This document shows, in pieces, positions 14,300 through 28,709 of a DNA stretch of 50,675 nucleotides. The notes beneath the pieces were generated by a model. The model was not told the origin of the DNA and made no database searches. It worked only from the letters and a program-made list of their open reading frames with translations. Made by a program: the position numbers and the translations under genes. Source of the stretch: Octopus sinensis (Eukaryota); NCBI RefSeq assembly GCF_006345805.1, contig NW_021834216.1, positions 1-50,675 on the forward strand, written 5' to 3'. Every line of letters starts with the position of its first letter. Position 1 is the first letter of the stretch.

Positions 14300-14560
14300 C
14301 CGTGGGTCTTCACATGTATCTAGTGAAAAGAGTAAGATGGTCTTGAGGAAGATTGGCAGTTGCTCATACAAGCAACTCTCTCTCCCATCTTTACGACACA
14401 TGTTTATCCAGAGGAAAAGCTGCTGGATAGGGCTGATACAGCTTAGCATCAGTGTCATGGCAAACCTTGCTGTCAAAATGTACAGAACTGATGCCAGAAA
14501 ACCTCCTCTAACAACACCGCCAATCCAACACATTAGGCTGGAACGTTTCTTTATCAACCC
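14300..14560 (-). repeat. Unclassified old interspersed repeat, homologous to 37730-37960
   Basis: By-eye alignment gttggattggcgg...tgacagcaa...aag.tgtatc.ccc...tgg.taaa. Confidence 0.6.
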
Positions 14561-14581
14561 ATAAAGTTTGTTTGCTCCTTC

Positions 14582-14875
14582 TCAAGCTATGCCTGGCTCA
14601 TAAGGGACGGTTTCCCGGTTTCCTTGGCGTATAGGTTCCCCACCTGGACGGGACGCTGGTCTGTCGCAGGTGAGCTGCAAGATGCAGGAGGAAAGAGTGG
14701 GAGAAAGTTGTGGCGAAAGAGTCAGCGGAAGTTCGCCATTACCTTCTGCCGGAGCCGCGTGGAGCTTAGGTGTTTCGCTCATAAACACACACATATCGCC
14801 CGGTCTGAGATTCGAACCCGCGCTCCCTCGACCGCGAGTCCGCTGCTCTAACCTCTAGGCCATATGCCTCCACTT
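14582..14875 (-). mobile_element. tRNA-derived SINE (family B-like head, different body)
   Basis: Minus-strand head gaggcatatggcctagaggttagagcagcggactcgcggtcgagggagcgcgggttcgaatc with A/B boxes. Confidence 0.7.
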
Positions 14876-15362
14876 AGCAACCCATAAAGAGTGAAAAGTA
14901 AAGTTGATTTCGGAGAAATTTGAACACAGGACATAGAGAGACGGAAGAAATACTACGGGGCTTTGCAATAACTTTGCTAGTTCGCACCTTATTCTTTTCT
15001 GTTGTTTGACAAACAACTATATTTATATAAAACAGCTCAATTCAGAATACCCGGAACGTGTATAATGTAAACTTTTATTTAAAAACCTTAACTTTGAAAA
15101 TTGCAGACGATGTGAAAACATATTCTTGTTACTTTAAATAAACAGTAAAAATAATTGAAAATATTTTTAGAATTATGTCTCGGAGGTGATTCTCACCCCT
15201 TAAGGAAAGACGCACTTTTACTTTTATACTTCGTTTATTCAGAGATCATCTTATCTAAATCTCTGTATACAGCAGTAGATTATCAGGATACTGCTTTAAT
15301 AGTTTGATGATTTGTACATAATACGTTAGTCGGTAACTTAGTCAATTACATACTCTCTCTCA

Positions 15363-15500
<138 letters not shown>

Positions 15501-15612
15501 TTAGTAAAAGCAGCCGGATCTCAAATCACGCCTTGCTTCTTAAATAACATTTTAAGGCCTATTGATTGATGTAATTTTAGATACTCGTATACATACATAT
15601 ACTATGTGTGTG

Positions 15613-15663
<51 letters not shown>

Positions 15664-15669
<6 letters not shown>

Positions 15670-15818
15670 AGAGTTCATGAAAAAACAAAAGACAAAGACA
15701 AGTGGTATACAAAACAAACAGATGTATTAGTTTAACGCTCAGGAATTGAAAATCTTTTACATTTCGAGCCGACGCTCTTCTACAGAAGGAACACAGAAGA
15801 AAACAAAATGAGAAACAA

Positions 15819-15820
<2 letters not shown>
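15664..15820 (-). mobile_element. Short PLE-terminus-like element with hammerhead-like motif (15754-15789), in (TA)n
   Basis: Homologous to 40161-40322; minus strand CTGTAGA-A-GAGC(GTCG)GCTC-GAAA-TGTA-AAAG. Confidence 0.65.
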
Positions 15821-15855
<35 letters not shown>

Positions 15856-15880
15856 CATTATATCATATATAAATATTGTA

Positions 15881-16352
15881 TATATACATACATACACATA
15901 TGTACATACCTACATATATATGTATTTATACATGCATATTTGAGTACAGGATATAAAAAAATGTTGAACACAATGAGAAACGAAAACAAAAACAAAAACA
16001 TAGAAAACGAACTTTTTTTCGAACAACGAAAAAAAAACAAGCAGAGAAACGAGACATGCCACATAAAGAATATTCCCTTTCATCAGTTGTCCCTGTTTCA
16101 TCTACTTCGCGTTCCGAATGTAAGGACAATACGCGACTTCGTTGAAACTCCTTCCTGCAAAGCAAATAAAATAAAATTTGAGATCTTTTGCGGAGGGTGA
16201 AAGTGGTAACAAGAACAGGACGGTTTTCTATGTTTTTGTTTTTATGTTTTCGTTTCTCATTGTGTTCAACATTTTTTTGATGTTCTGTACCCATATATGC
16301 ATGTATATATGCATATATATGTAGGTATGTGCATATATGTATGTATATATGC
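15881..16352. repeat. Inverted repeat, ~130-bp arms (15881-16008 / 16223-16352)
   Basis: aaaaaaatgttgaacacaatgagaaacgaaaac...aaaacatagaaaac is present on both strands; related single copy at ~20400-20690. Confidence 0.85.
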
Positions 16353-16459
16353 ATTTATTTATATATTATTTATATTATTATATGATCGAACGCCACGCAT
16401 CCTTTTCCAAGTAAGTTTTTATCTATCTATCTATCATCTATCTATCTATCTATCTATCT

Positions 16460-16506
<47 letters not shown>

Positions 16507-16989
16507 CTCTATTTATCTATTATCTATCTATCTATCTATTTAACTATCTGTCTGTCTGTCTGTCTGTGTGTCTGTCTGTCTGTCTGTGTGTCTGTCTGTC
16601 TGTGTGTCTGTCTGTCTATATGAATCGGTTGTCATGAAGGAAACGTAACGACAACCATTTTTGCAATAAGTTTGCTCAGTCAAGGATGATACGAAGATAA
16701 ACAACAACAACGACAAGACGAACAAACAAACTAACAACGACCACAAAAATAAGCTTTCTTAGTATTCAAATAAAAGAAAGAAAAAGGTATATAAAAAAGA
16801 AACCCACACTTCTATAATTTCAATGTTTTTTAGCTCTCTCTCTCTCTCCCCCTCTCTCTCTCTCTCTCTCCTGTTTCTCGTTCAGAGCTACTATAACCGT
16901 TACTGCCCATGTAGACAAACAAGCTGAGAATTGTATTATTTCTATGCTAAGCAAACTGTCCCATATATCCTTTTCTCATCTTTTCATCT

Positions 16990-17690
16990 CTACAATACTC
17001 GAGAACATAGCTGTTTACTCCTTAGTCTGCTTCATTGTTGTGTCACACATCGTTTTGTCCTCTCCCGTCTCCCCGTTTGTGGACAACCATTCTGTTTTTT
17101 TCACATCGCACAAAGCTTATCTATCGAATTTCAGATAAATCACTCATTAATTTATGCTGCCATGTCAACTTCGGCCTTCCCACTGGTTGTTCGAAATCAC
17201 AGGTTTCCTTCAGCGCCCGTTTCAATATCCTTCCATCACGTTTTCCCTGTACAGACTCGATCATGTCGTCTTCTTATCCTTAACATTTTCATTAGTTTCT
17301 TCTGTCTTGATGACACGATATCTATAAGTTACATGTAGGATAATATACAGTTACCTTTGATAGAATATATCCAAGCTTTCCTCATCACATTTATATAGTT
17401 ATCATATTTTACCCCAATTTACAGACGTAATAAAATGTTAACTGGAACTCTAGTTTTATATTGATGTTTCTTAGTTTCCTGATGTTTACAATCGTACCAA
17501 ATTGTACCAGCTTTATCAATTTCTAACATTGAACGCCCTATCACAGCTTCCGAACATATTGTATTGCCCAAGTAGGTAAACTATGTTACATATTCAAATT
17601 CTTCATCTAAGTTGTAAACAATCAGATTCTTACCTTTATACTGACAGCAAACATTGCGGATGCCGTTTTCCCTCTACTCGATAACGTCGA
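16990..17690 (-). pseudogene. RTE-like LINE 3' relic
   Basis: Minus-strand FTYLGN (17563-17580) and GRPKLTW (17160-17180) in typical post-RT order; disrupted. Confidence 0.7.
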
Positions 17691-17901
17691 TATCATTATT
17701 GGCGAACAGATAGAATCGGGAAAAATGCTTTGCAGTGTTTCTTCCATATCATTATGTTCCGAATTCAATTTCCGCCGATGTCGCCTTTGTCTTTCATTTC
17801 TTCGAGGTCGATAAAATAATTACCAGTGGAACAATGACGTCGACATAATTCACTTACTCCTCACCTAAAATTGGCCTTGGGCCAAAATTTGAAACCATTA
17901 T

Positions 17902-17964
<63 letters not shown>

Positions 17965-17965
17965 G

Positions 17966-18005
<40 letters not shown>

Positions 18006-18780
18006 TATTATTCTTATTATTGAGTGAGAGAGCAGCACATGCCATCAAAGTGACACTGGGATGCAAATATACGAAGTAAATATACCCATCATAACTAACC
18101 GTCTGATAAGGGTACACCAGGCACATGCATCACATGGTTTTCGACGTTTTGACTGCTCCTTCTAGGATGTAAGGCTGCCTGTTAAGAGTCGCTTCTTTTG
18201 TGTTTAAATGTACACTAATTTTATATGGCATATATATACATATATAAATTTGAGGCAGCAATATCCCCAAAAGGGATTGCTAAAACCAATCCAGATGCCA
18301 ACTGGGTTTAACCAAACATATTGATAGGAAGTTCCTCAATATATATATGTATAACCAGTCGCATAATTTAAGAAGTCAATAAAAGAAAACGGAGAAGAAA
18401 TATATAGAAGATGCATGGTTCATTTTATTTGTATCACAATGGAAAAGTATTAGTATATTTTGTAATTTTTATCGACTTTAAAAATTTTTATCGACATGCT
18501 CGGGATTAAAATGGCATAATTTCTTTATTGTTTTACTTGTTTCAGTCATGTGACTGCGGCCATGCTGGAGCACCGTCGCTGGTCGAGTAAATCCACCACA
18601 ACATTTATTCTTTGTAAGCCTAGTACTTATTCCATCAGTCTCTTTTTGCCAAATCACTAAGTTATTGGAATGTAAACACAGCAACACAGACACACAGACA
18701 ATCAGACACACACACACACACACACGACAAAAATATACACATATACACGACAACCTTCTTTCAGGTTCCGAGTACGGATT

Positions 18781-18787
18781 GTTATTA

Positions 18788-18831
<44 letters not shown>

Positions 18832-18978
18832 TAGGTCACTGCTTGGAATCGAACTCCGAATCTTGGGGTTAGTAGTCCGCGCTCTTAACCACTACGCCCA
18901 TGGGCATATGGTGTAGTCGTTAAGAGCGCTGGCTACTAACCCAAAGATTCCGAGTTCGATCCAAGCAGTGACCTGAAC

Positions 18979-19015
<37 letters not shown>

Positions 19016-19195
19016 TAATAATAACAACAACAACAACAACAACATAGAAAAATACCTTAGGAATGAGAACCCAGGTTCGAAATTTCCTCAAGACGCCTGA
19101 TGAAGGCTGGAGGGTATATCAGCTGAAACATTGTGTTAACAACGAACAAGATGAGGACAAAAATCCGTCGAATGTAAATAATGTAAACAATAAAA
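18781..19195. mobile_element. Head-to-head tRNA-derived SINE pair (family D) with hammerhead-bearing tail
   Basis: Inverted heads 18831-18900 / 18901-18978, (AAT)n(AAC)n, tail with motif at 19092-19137. Confidence 0.85.
19092..19137 (+). ncRNA. Type I hammerhead-like ribozyme (stem III mutated in this copy)
   Basis: gacgc-CTGATGA-A-GGCTG(10 nt)CAGCT-GAAA-CAT-T-gtgtt; stem I gacgc/gtgtt. Confidence 0.6.
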
Positions 19196-19549
19196 AATAT
19201 ACAAAATACCAAAAAAATACACAATAAGAACTGGACATCGACAACGATTGAAAAAATACATAGACACGTAACGAGAGACAAATACGGAACTAAATACCAA
19301 AAGAAGTCTAACTTCTCAGTTGTCGAACCCGACTCTTGTACCTTTTAATTGATTAAAAAAAAAAAAAAATCGACGCCAGTACTTCTTATTTAAGCCTGGT
19401 ACATATTCTATTGCTAAGTTACAGAAACATAAACAAACCCACATCGGTTGTCAAGTGGAGGCGGGGTACGAGCCTAAACACAAAGACACACATACACACA
19501 CAAATACATACCTGCATATATATTTCTATATGCATTCACGTTTATATGT

Positions 19550-19755
19550 GGAGGCGCGTGGCTTAGTGGTTAGGGTCTTGAACTCGTGATCGTAAGGTTG
19601 TTGTTTCGATTCCTGGACCTGGCGACGCGTTGTGTTCTTGAGCAAAACACTTCATTTCACGTTACTCCAGTCCACTCAGCCGGCAAAAATGAATAACACT
19701 GCGATGGGCTGGCGTCCCGTCCAGCTGGGGAACACATACGCCATTGAAACCGGGA
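19550..19755 (+). mobile_element. SINE family B
   Basis: ggaggcgcgtggcttagtggttagg...gtttcgattcc...ttgtgttcttgagcaaaacac. Confidence 0.8.
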
Positions 19756-20248
19756 AAGGCTTTAAAAGCGTGCATTTATTTATTATATTCACATATACGA
19801 CGGCCTTCTTACAGTTTTCGTCCACCAAATCCACTCACAAGGGCTGAAGCAGAAAGTACTTGCCAAAGGCACCATGCAGTGAAACTGAACCCGGTACCAT
19901 ACGTCTGGAAAGCAAACTTCCTACCACACAGCCAAGCCTGCGCCTATGAATATTAATACACATAACACGCGCGCACATGCTCACTCACATATATATTTGT
20001 TTATTCTTTTACTTGTTTCAGTCATTTGAGTACAGCCATGCTGGAGCACCACCTTCAAGAGCTTTTTTAGTCTAAGGACTTATTATTTGTAAGCCTAGTA
20101 CTTATATTATCGGTTTCTTTTGCTGAAGAAACCGGGGGACGTAATCACACCAACATCAGTTGTCGGTGGTGGTGGTCGTGGGACAAACAGACACAATGAC
20201 ACACAGCTGAATATACCCGTCCTATATATATATTATTATATATATATA

Positions 20249-20293
<45 letters not shown>

Positions 20294-21265
20294 AACCAGC
20301 TTAGAGAAGAAGAAGAAACGAAACGAACCGAAACGAATCGAATCGAATCGAATCGACGCGAGGGCGCTCAGTCATACAATAGTATAATAAATAAAATATA
20401 TGCATACATACAAACATATATGTACGTACCTACATCTACATGTATATATACATGCATATATAAATATATATATACGTGTGTACAGGACACCACAAATAGA
20501 CGTAGAACTCAACGAGAAACGAAAAAGTAAAAACAGCATGGAACGGACCATTTTTTTAACAACGAAAAAACAGAGTACAAGACAACTACACAAGGAAAAA
20601 TCTCCTTCATCAGCTGTCCCTAGTTCAACTCCAGCGTGTTTCGAAGGTGAGGACAGAACACGTCTCGTCGATATAAGCACACACATACATACACATATAT
20701 GTATTTATTTATTTGACGGACTCCTTTCGGTTCTCGTCTATCAAATCCACTCACAGAGGCTTTGGTCGTCCTGAAGCTACAGCATATAAGGTGCAACGCA
20801 GTGGGACTGAACCCAGAACCATGTGGTTGGGAAAGCAAGCTTCTTACCAAACAGTAATGCATACATATAAACGCACACACACACACACATACACACATAT
20901 TACCGCAACCGTTTTGGTCTCTAACTATGCTATCCTATCCGTCTATCAACTTTAAAAGTTTAGCACACCCACTGCCTTTGTTTAGTCGTCTGTACTTTTT
21001 CACACTCTCCTGACACACTCACACATATATACACAATCATGCCAGTCACAATACCACACGTACACACATGTCCACGCATGCGCGCACACACATACATATA
21101 CATTTTTGCGCGTCCCAGTCAATATGCTGTTTATATCAAACAACATAAAATATGACAGAAATACTTTTTAGTCGATGACAATAAAACTGTCCATTTGTAT
21201 ACATTCGAACACAACTACATAATATTATACACACATACACACATACACACATCTTTAATGCGCTT

Positions 21266-21323
<58 letters not shown>

Positions 21324-21350
21324 GCATACAAACATATATATATATATGTA

Positions 21351-21393
<43 letters not shown>

Positions 21394-21543
21394 ATATAAT
21401 ATATATATATATATATGAATATATATGTATATATTTTGTGTACGTATATATGTACCGTATTGATACACATATACACATAGTTAATTGTGTGTGTAGGCAT
21501 TAACAATATTATGTATATGTTTATGAACACTTGAGTATATGTA

Positions 21544-21575
<32 letters not shown>

Positions 21576-22989
21576 TTACATGTATATATGTATATATGTA
21601 CCGTATTGGTATACATATATACATAGTTATGTGTGTGTGTATGCATTAACAATATCATGTATATGTGTATGAACATATGAGTGTATGTATATATATATTA
21701 TATATATATATATACATATATACATATACATATACACACACATATATGTGCATATTTATATATCAAATATATATATATAGATGCATAAAGAATCATGTAT
21801 ATTTATACGTGAGTGTATACACACACATATATAGTCATACAGATATGCCTCTACATATATATGTGTGTGTGTGCTTGTGTGTGTTTGTGTAAATATATAT
21901 TTATATAGATTGATAGATATAAATATACACACACATACACACAGAGATATAGATACACATACCTACACGCAAGCATATATACGTATATATATGTATATGC
22001 GTAGTATGCATGTAGATAAAAACACACATATTCACCACCTGCAGTCGCTCAAAAATGTACGTACATACATAATTCACGTGACAGACATTTTCTCTGTCTC
22101 TTTACATGTTTGTGTGCGCGAAATTATACTAGAAGAGCACACACACATACACACACGCACACACACAGCCGCGCCACATACATAGGAACAATGACGCACA
22201 TACAAGCATACACAATCTAATCTAATCACACACACATATACACATATATTTGCATATATCCATACATCTTTGTGTGCATGTATATATTTATATACATATA
22301 TACATATACACACATATATATATATATATATATATAATATATATATTATATATATAATATATACATATATACATATACACACACATATATATATATAGAC
22401 ATATATACACCCACCTACATATTCATGTATAACTTTCTATGTTTACGGGTGTGAACACACTTTTTATATGCCACTCGGATACAAAAATAAACACTCCTAT
22501 GTATTATGCATTTATATTTACGAATATATATACATACACGCACACATACCCATATATATACACGTGTGTGTGTGTGTGTGCACGAATATATACACAAATA
22601 TATACATCCATTCATATATATATATATATATATATATGCGCAACAAAAATATACTTATGCATAACAATACACTACATAGTTATACACGCACACACATATA
22701 CACACCCATATACATACACACGCATACCTACCCATACACGTTTATATAAATATATAGCACATACAAATATATATGAATATATACACACATATACATGACC
22801 ACAATCAGTTCCTTACCAAAGTCGGAAACAGAAGACATAAATCACGTCTCCATAGATCTGTCATTTTTTCATAGAACAAACCACCTCCCCTTCCTCCGCC
22901 TTTTACCTTCTGTTTCCTCCTTTCTTCTTCGCCCCCTCCTCTTCATTACACTTTCCTTTTTCAAACATTCGTTTTTTTGTTCTACATTT

Positions 22990-23003
22990 TTGTTTTTTTA
23001 GCG

Positions 23004-23075
<72 letters not shown>

Positions 23076-23089
23076 ATATATATATATAT

Positions 23090-23147
<58 letters not shown>

Positions 23148-23162
23148 ATTATATATATATAT

Positions 23163-23212
<50 letters not shown>

Positions 23213-23260
23213 TTATATGTATATATATATATTCATATATATATATATCTGTGTGTGTGT
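22990..23260. repeat. (TA)n tract
   Basis: Direct inspection. Confidence 0.95.
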
Positions 23261-23689
23261 GTATGTATTTGGATGTGCGTATTGGGGTGAATGGGTGGGT
23301 TGTGAGGGGGTGAATATTAAACCCAACACCAAAAACAACATAAAGCAATCACAGAACGAAATCAGAAACTCTACAACTCTATACCACCGCTCCCATATCT
23401 GCCAACCTCCAACCCCAACTCCCCCTTTACAAGCTCCAACCTCCAACCTCCAACTGCCCCTTCCTCCAGCTCTTTCACAAAATGGGTAATAGAAAAAAAC
23501 AAAAAACAAAAACAAAAACGAACGACAAAAAAAAGCTCAAATGTTAAAAAATAACTAAAGAAAATTGAAAAAAATCTCTCTCAGAGATTACGCATTAAAA
23601 GGTAGAGAAAATAACAATAACAGAAAAAAAAACTGCAAATAAGAAAGCAAACAAACAAAAAATATCGATAGAAATAATAAAAATAATAA

Positions 23690-23727
23690 TAATAGTAAAA
23701 ATAATGATGTTGGTGGTGGTGCTGCTG

Positions 23728-23779
<52 letters not shown>

Positions 23780-23799
23780 TGATGATAATAATAATGATA

Positions 23800-23850
<51 letters not shown>

Positions 23851-23870
23851 TGATGATGATAATAATAATA

Positions 23871-23918
<48 letters not shown>

Positions 23919-23950
23919 TAATAATAATGATAATAATAACAATATTATTA
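23690..23950. repeat. (AAT)n/(GAT)n microsatellite
   Basis: Direct inspection. Confidence 0.95.
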
Positions 23951-24641
23951 ACATGGTAAAAAGCAAGGACAAAAGAAAAAAATCCATTTAAAAAAAAAAG
24001 GGACAAACATACGACCCTGCCGCCATTTTCCTATTTCTGTAATGTCTTTTGCGTGTCGCTGTCGACATATTTGTGGATATGTTACCGCTCTAATCGGGTC
24101 TTTTAAGTTGCTTCGATTATTTTATAGTAGTTTGTGGAGTTGTGCAGTTTTATTTATCATCATTATTATTTTTATTTTATTTTATTTTATTTTATTTCAT
24201 TCCATTCTGTCTTTTTAACTCTTCTACAGAATTTCAAACTGATGTTTACAGAATGTTCGCGTCGCTTCTCTTTCTGTCGCTCTTTCTCCGTGATTTCCAC
24301 TCTTTCTTTCTTTCTTTCTTTCCTTCTTTTCCCCCTTCTCCGTGTGTCTCCTTTACAGACAGACACTTTTGATCTTTTACCGCGGACCAGTTTATGTATG
24401 TGTGTATGTTTATATACATGCATAAATATACGCATATATATACATATATACATATATATACACATATATACATATATATACACATATATATACATACATA
24501 CATATAAATATATATATATATAATATATATATAATAATATATTATATATAACGTATGTATATATGTATATATATATGGGTACTCATGCACACATACCTGC
24601 ATATATATGCATGTATGCATATATATATATATATGCATGTA

Positions 24642-24679
<38 letters not shown>

Positions 24680-24739
24680 CTAACAATTGGGTGATATATT
24701 TATTTGAATACTTAGCACCGTTAAGTCACACACACACTC

Positions 24740-24770
<31 letters not shown>

Positions 24771-24774
24771 TTCA

Positions 24775-24822
<48 letters not shown>

Positions 24823-25049
24823 TACAATATATGCATAGAATCGAATACATGTATATTTTACGAGCAAACCGTGTATCCGTACTTACATAGTTACAAATGT
24901 ATGAATACACTTATACATTATATATATTTGTGTGTGTACATTTGCATATGTATACATGTGAGTATGTGCGCATGTGCGTATGTTTGTATGCGCACGCGTG
25001 TGTTTATGGACACGTACTTAGGAATTCCACCGTTGTTGGAAGATTCCTT

Positions 25050-25340
25050 CAAAACATGCAGCTATTTCCTCCACAACCTTGGATGTCATCTCCGCCAATA
25101 TATCATAAACTTAGTGAAGCTATCGATAGATTGCCATCAAAGATTACACCCGGGTTGAACAATATCTCTCTGGAACTCATTCTAAAATGGGACTCGATGT
25201 TAAACATAGGATTTCTACCCTCATTCATCAAATATGAAATCCTAAAGTGTATCTCCTGATAAGAAAGTTGTCATCATCACTATCGACTTCAAAGAAAGTA
25301 GCTCGCAGCATCTGGCGTAACTGTCGTGTTATGTTCGTGC
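25050..25340 (+). pseudogene. RTE-like LINE RT N-terminal relic
   Basis: SPPIYHKLSEAIDRLPSKITPGLNNISLELI resembles the PPT..EL..AI..L...KAPG.DGIP.E motif of non-LTR RTs; stops follow. Confidence 0.6.
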
Positions 25341-25360
25341 ATTCCATCGCATCTAGCATA

Positions 25361-25707
25361 TACTCTTTACTCTTTTACTTGTTTCAGTCATTTGACTGCG
25401 GCCATGCTGGAGCACCACCTTAGTAGTATTATTCTATCGGTCTCTTTTTGCCGAACCGCTAAGTGACGGGGACCTAAACACACAGCATCGGTGGTCAAAC
25501 AATGCTAGGGGACAAACACAGACACACACACACACACATATATATAATACTATATAAGACAGGTTCTTTCAGTTCCGTCTACCAAATCCACTCACAAGGC
25601 ATTGGTCGGCCCGGGGCTATAGCGAAGACACTTGCCCAAGATGCCACGCAGTGGGACTGAACCCGCAACCGTGTGGTTGGTTAGCAAGCTACTTACCACA
25701 CAGCCAC
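25361..25707 (-). mobile_element. SINE family A, near full length
   Basis: Colinear with 1412-1814 with a small internal deletion. Confidence 0.9.
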
Positions 25708-25909
25708 AACTGTTCCGTTTATCCTTTCGTTGTAACAGAGTTAATACCGTAGCCCCATGTGATTCGTATTTATTTAGCATTTGTTGAGCATCATTGTAAA
25801 CATGACTCACAATAATAATTATAATACGCTTTCTGTGAAGTACTAAGTTTACATATGTGTATATATATCTATATATATATATATAATATTATAATATATA
25901 TCTATATTA

Positions 25910-25949
<40 letters not shown>

Positions 25950-26544
25950 ATAAATACTTATATAGATTATGGTTATCCAAACATGAAAACAAAGATAAAA
26001 CACAACTATCATGGCTACTAAGTATATATATATATATTATGTAGATATATATATATTATATATTAATATAATATTTATATATATATATATATATATAATA
26101 ATATATATATATATACATATGTATATATATGTGTATGTGCGCATGCATATATATATATAGATGCGCACATATACATATACATATATATGAGCACACTCAT
26201 ATACCTGTCTACATCTGTATGCATATGAATGCATGTATGTGTATAAGTATATATATATATATATATATATATAGATAATATATATCTCCTACACATTTAT
26301 GTAATGAATGTATACACATATACACATATTTATATACGCACATATATTTATGTATGCACATATATGTATATTTTATATATCTATATCTATATATATATGT
26401 ATTCATGTATATTCCCCCCCCCACACACAAAACAGAGAAGTGGATGACAGTAATTTCGAAATCTGGTCACTTATCTCTTCCACAGATTCTAAGTTGAAGT
26501 CGATCATTGACGAAACTTCGAAGTCCCTGTTACTTTTCTACAAT

Positions 26545-27415
26545 AGGCGCAAGTCCTGGAATTTTTGGGGAAGCAGTAAGTCGATACATCGAACTCCAGT
26601 ACTTTACTGGTATTCATTTTGTCGATCTCCAAAGGCAAAGTCGACCTCAACGGAATTTCAACTCAGAACGTAAAACTGACGAAATACCGCTAAGCATTTT
26701 GCCCAGCGTGCTAACGATTTGTAATAATGCATTCTATACTCTATACGTATTGAGGTATTGAGTTCTTTTCTTTATTTTATGTTTGACTGCCTTTGTAATA
26801 AATTATTCAGAAAACATGAGGCGGCCAGCTGACCGAATCGTTAGCGCGCTCGGTAAAATACTTTGCGGCATTTCGTCCCTCTTTATGTTCTGAGTTGAAA
26901 TTCTGTCAAGGCCGGCTTCGTCTTTCATCCCTTTGAGGGTCAATAAAATAAGTATCAGTTGATCATTGAGGTCGATGTAATTACTGGCCTTGTGCCAAAA
27001 TCTGAATCCGATAAATTCTTTTCTACTCTAGGCACAAGGCCCGAAATTTATGGGGAGGGGGCAGTTGATTAAATCTACCTAAGTACGCAACTGGTACTTA
27101 ATTTATCGACACCGAAAGGATAAAAGGCAAAGTCGACCTCGGTGGAATTTGAACTCAGAACATAAGGACTTACGAAATACTATTTCTTTACTACCCAGAA
27201 GGGGCTAAACACAGAGGGGACAAACAAGGACAGACAAATGGATTAAGTCGATTACATCGACCCCCAGAGCGTGACTGGTTCTTAATTTATCGACTCCGAA
27301 AGGATGAAATGCAAAGTCGACCTCGGCGGAATTTGAACTCAGAACGTGGCGTCAGACGAAATACCACTAAGCATTTCGCCCGGCGTGCTAACGTTTCTGC
27401 CAGCTCACCGCCTCT
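26545..27415. mobile_element. Cluster of four SINE family C copies (-,+,-,-)
   Basis: Repeated gcaaagtcgacctc.gcggaatttgaactcagaac and its reverse complement. Confidence 0.8.
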
Positions 27416-28709
27416 GAAACCGATAAATTATAACACACACTACAATACACTACACATACACACGCACACACACATGTGTGTATATATATATACATTATAT
27501 ATATATATATATTATATATATATATGCCTGTATGTGCTTATTATATGAATATTGGCTTTTGTTTCTAAGTTTTATTTATGAAGTTGTGGCTGCAATATTT
27601 ATTGCTATTTTCCATTTTGTGATTGGTGGGTTGTTTCGGGTTGTAAAATAACGTTTTGGTCTCCTTTCACTGAGCTGTCGACTCTTTTCCGCGCCAAAAA
27701 TCGATCTGTTTATTTCAAAGTTTAGCACTTCCATATTTTTTCATAAGATCTTACTCTATTTTTAAAATTAATATGTTTACTACACTTATAATTTTATCGA
27801 ATTCATTTATTTTTTTTTTCTCTTCGTATTTTACGAAAATTAGAAAAAAAAAAAAGATGTCTTTTGGCGGTAATTTATATTTAAAAGAAATTCCTAAATC
27901 TTTACTGAAATTTTAAAAAAGAATGTATTTTTATATGAATTTTAATTTCCAGTAATAATTTTATTTTCTTTAGCTTCGTTTTCCAACTGATTTTATGAAT
28001 GGAATTTTTTACGTCAAACTGAGAGTGTTTTGCTGGAAATGTACCTTTGAAACGGCCATTTGGTAAAAACATTCTCGATAGTCTTTGAATTTGTGTGGCA
28101 CCAGAGATCAAACCAAAAATTACTGGAACACTTCACATCTTTTATTTTTAAAAAATATATTTATCTTTTGCTTGCTTCTGTCATTGGATTGCAGCCATGC
28201 TGGGCGAACTACCCAGAAGAGTTTATTTGAATACATCGACCTTAGTGTTTATTATTTTTTAAGTCTGGCAATTATTCTGGTTACCAATCTAAGTGCTCCA
28301 AGAATTATTGGTATATATCTAAATCTCTAGCCTGGATGGAATAACTGCAGATTCCTCATCATTACGGTATAGATGTTTTTTCTTTTATCTTTTAATTGTT
28401 TTAGTCATTGGACTTCGGCCATGCTGGGGCACCACCTTTAAGAGTTTAGTTGAATACATCGACCCCAGTACTTATCTTTTAGGTCTGGAATCTACTTCAT
28501 CGATATCTTTTGCCGAAACGCTAGGTTGCGGAGACGTAAAGAAACCAACGCCGGTTGTCAAGTGATGGTTGGGAGACTAATACAAACGCAAAGATACTCT
28601 CACGTACACCACACGGTAAAAAGGAGTACTCAGTCGATGAAGAAATTTCAATGCGAGGCTCAAACTTGTCCCGCTAATCGTGTTTTTTGCCCACGAAGTT
28701 AATGTCTAA

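Noticed and set aside
16060-16125. CTGATGA-hairpin on the minus strand (also ~20590-20650) as a hammerhead
   Set aside because: No GAAA after stem II; a type II permutation gives only weak stems
18831-18978. tRNA genes (also other SINE heads)
   Set aside because: No acceptor stem closure; heads run into SINE bodies and recur as repeats
27974-28062. Possible 89-nt exon (ttttctttag...tg|gtaaaa)
   Set aside because: Splice-like sites only; no recognisable peptide and no partner exons
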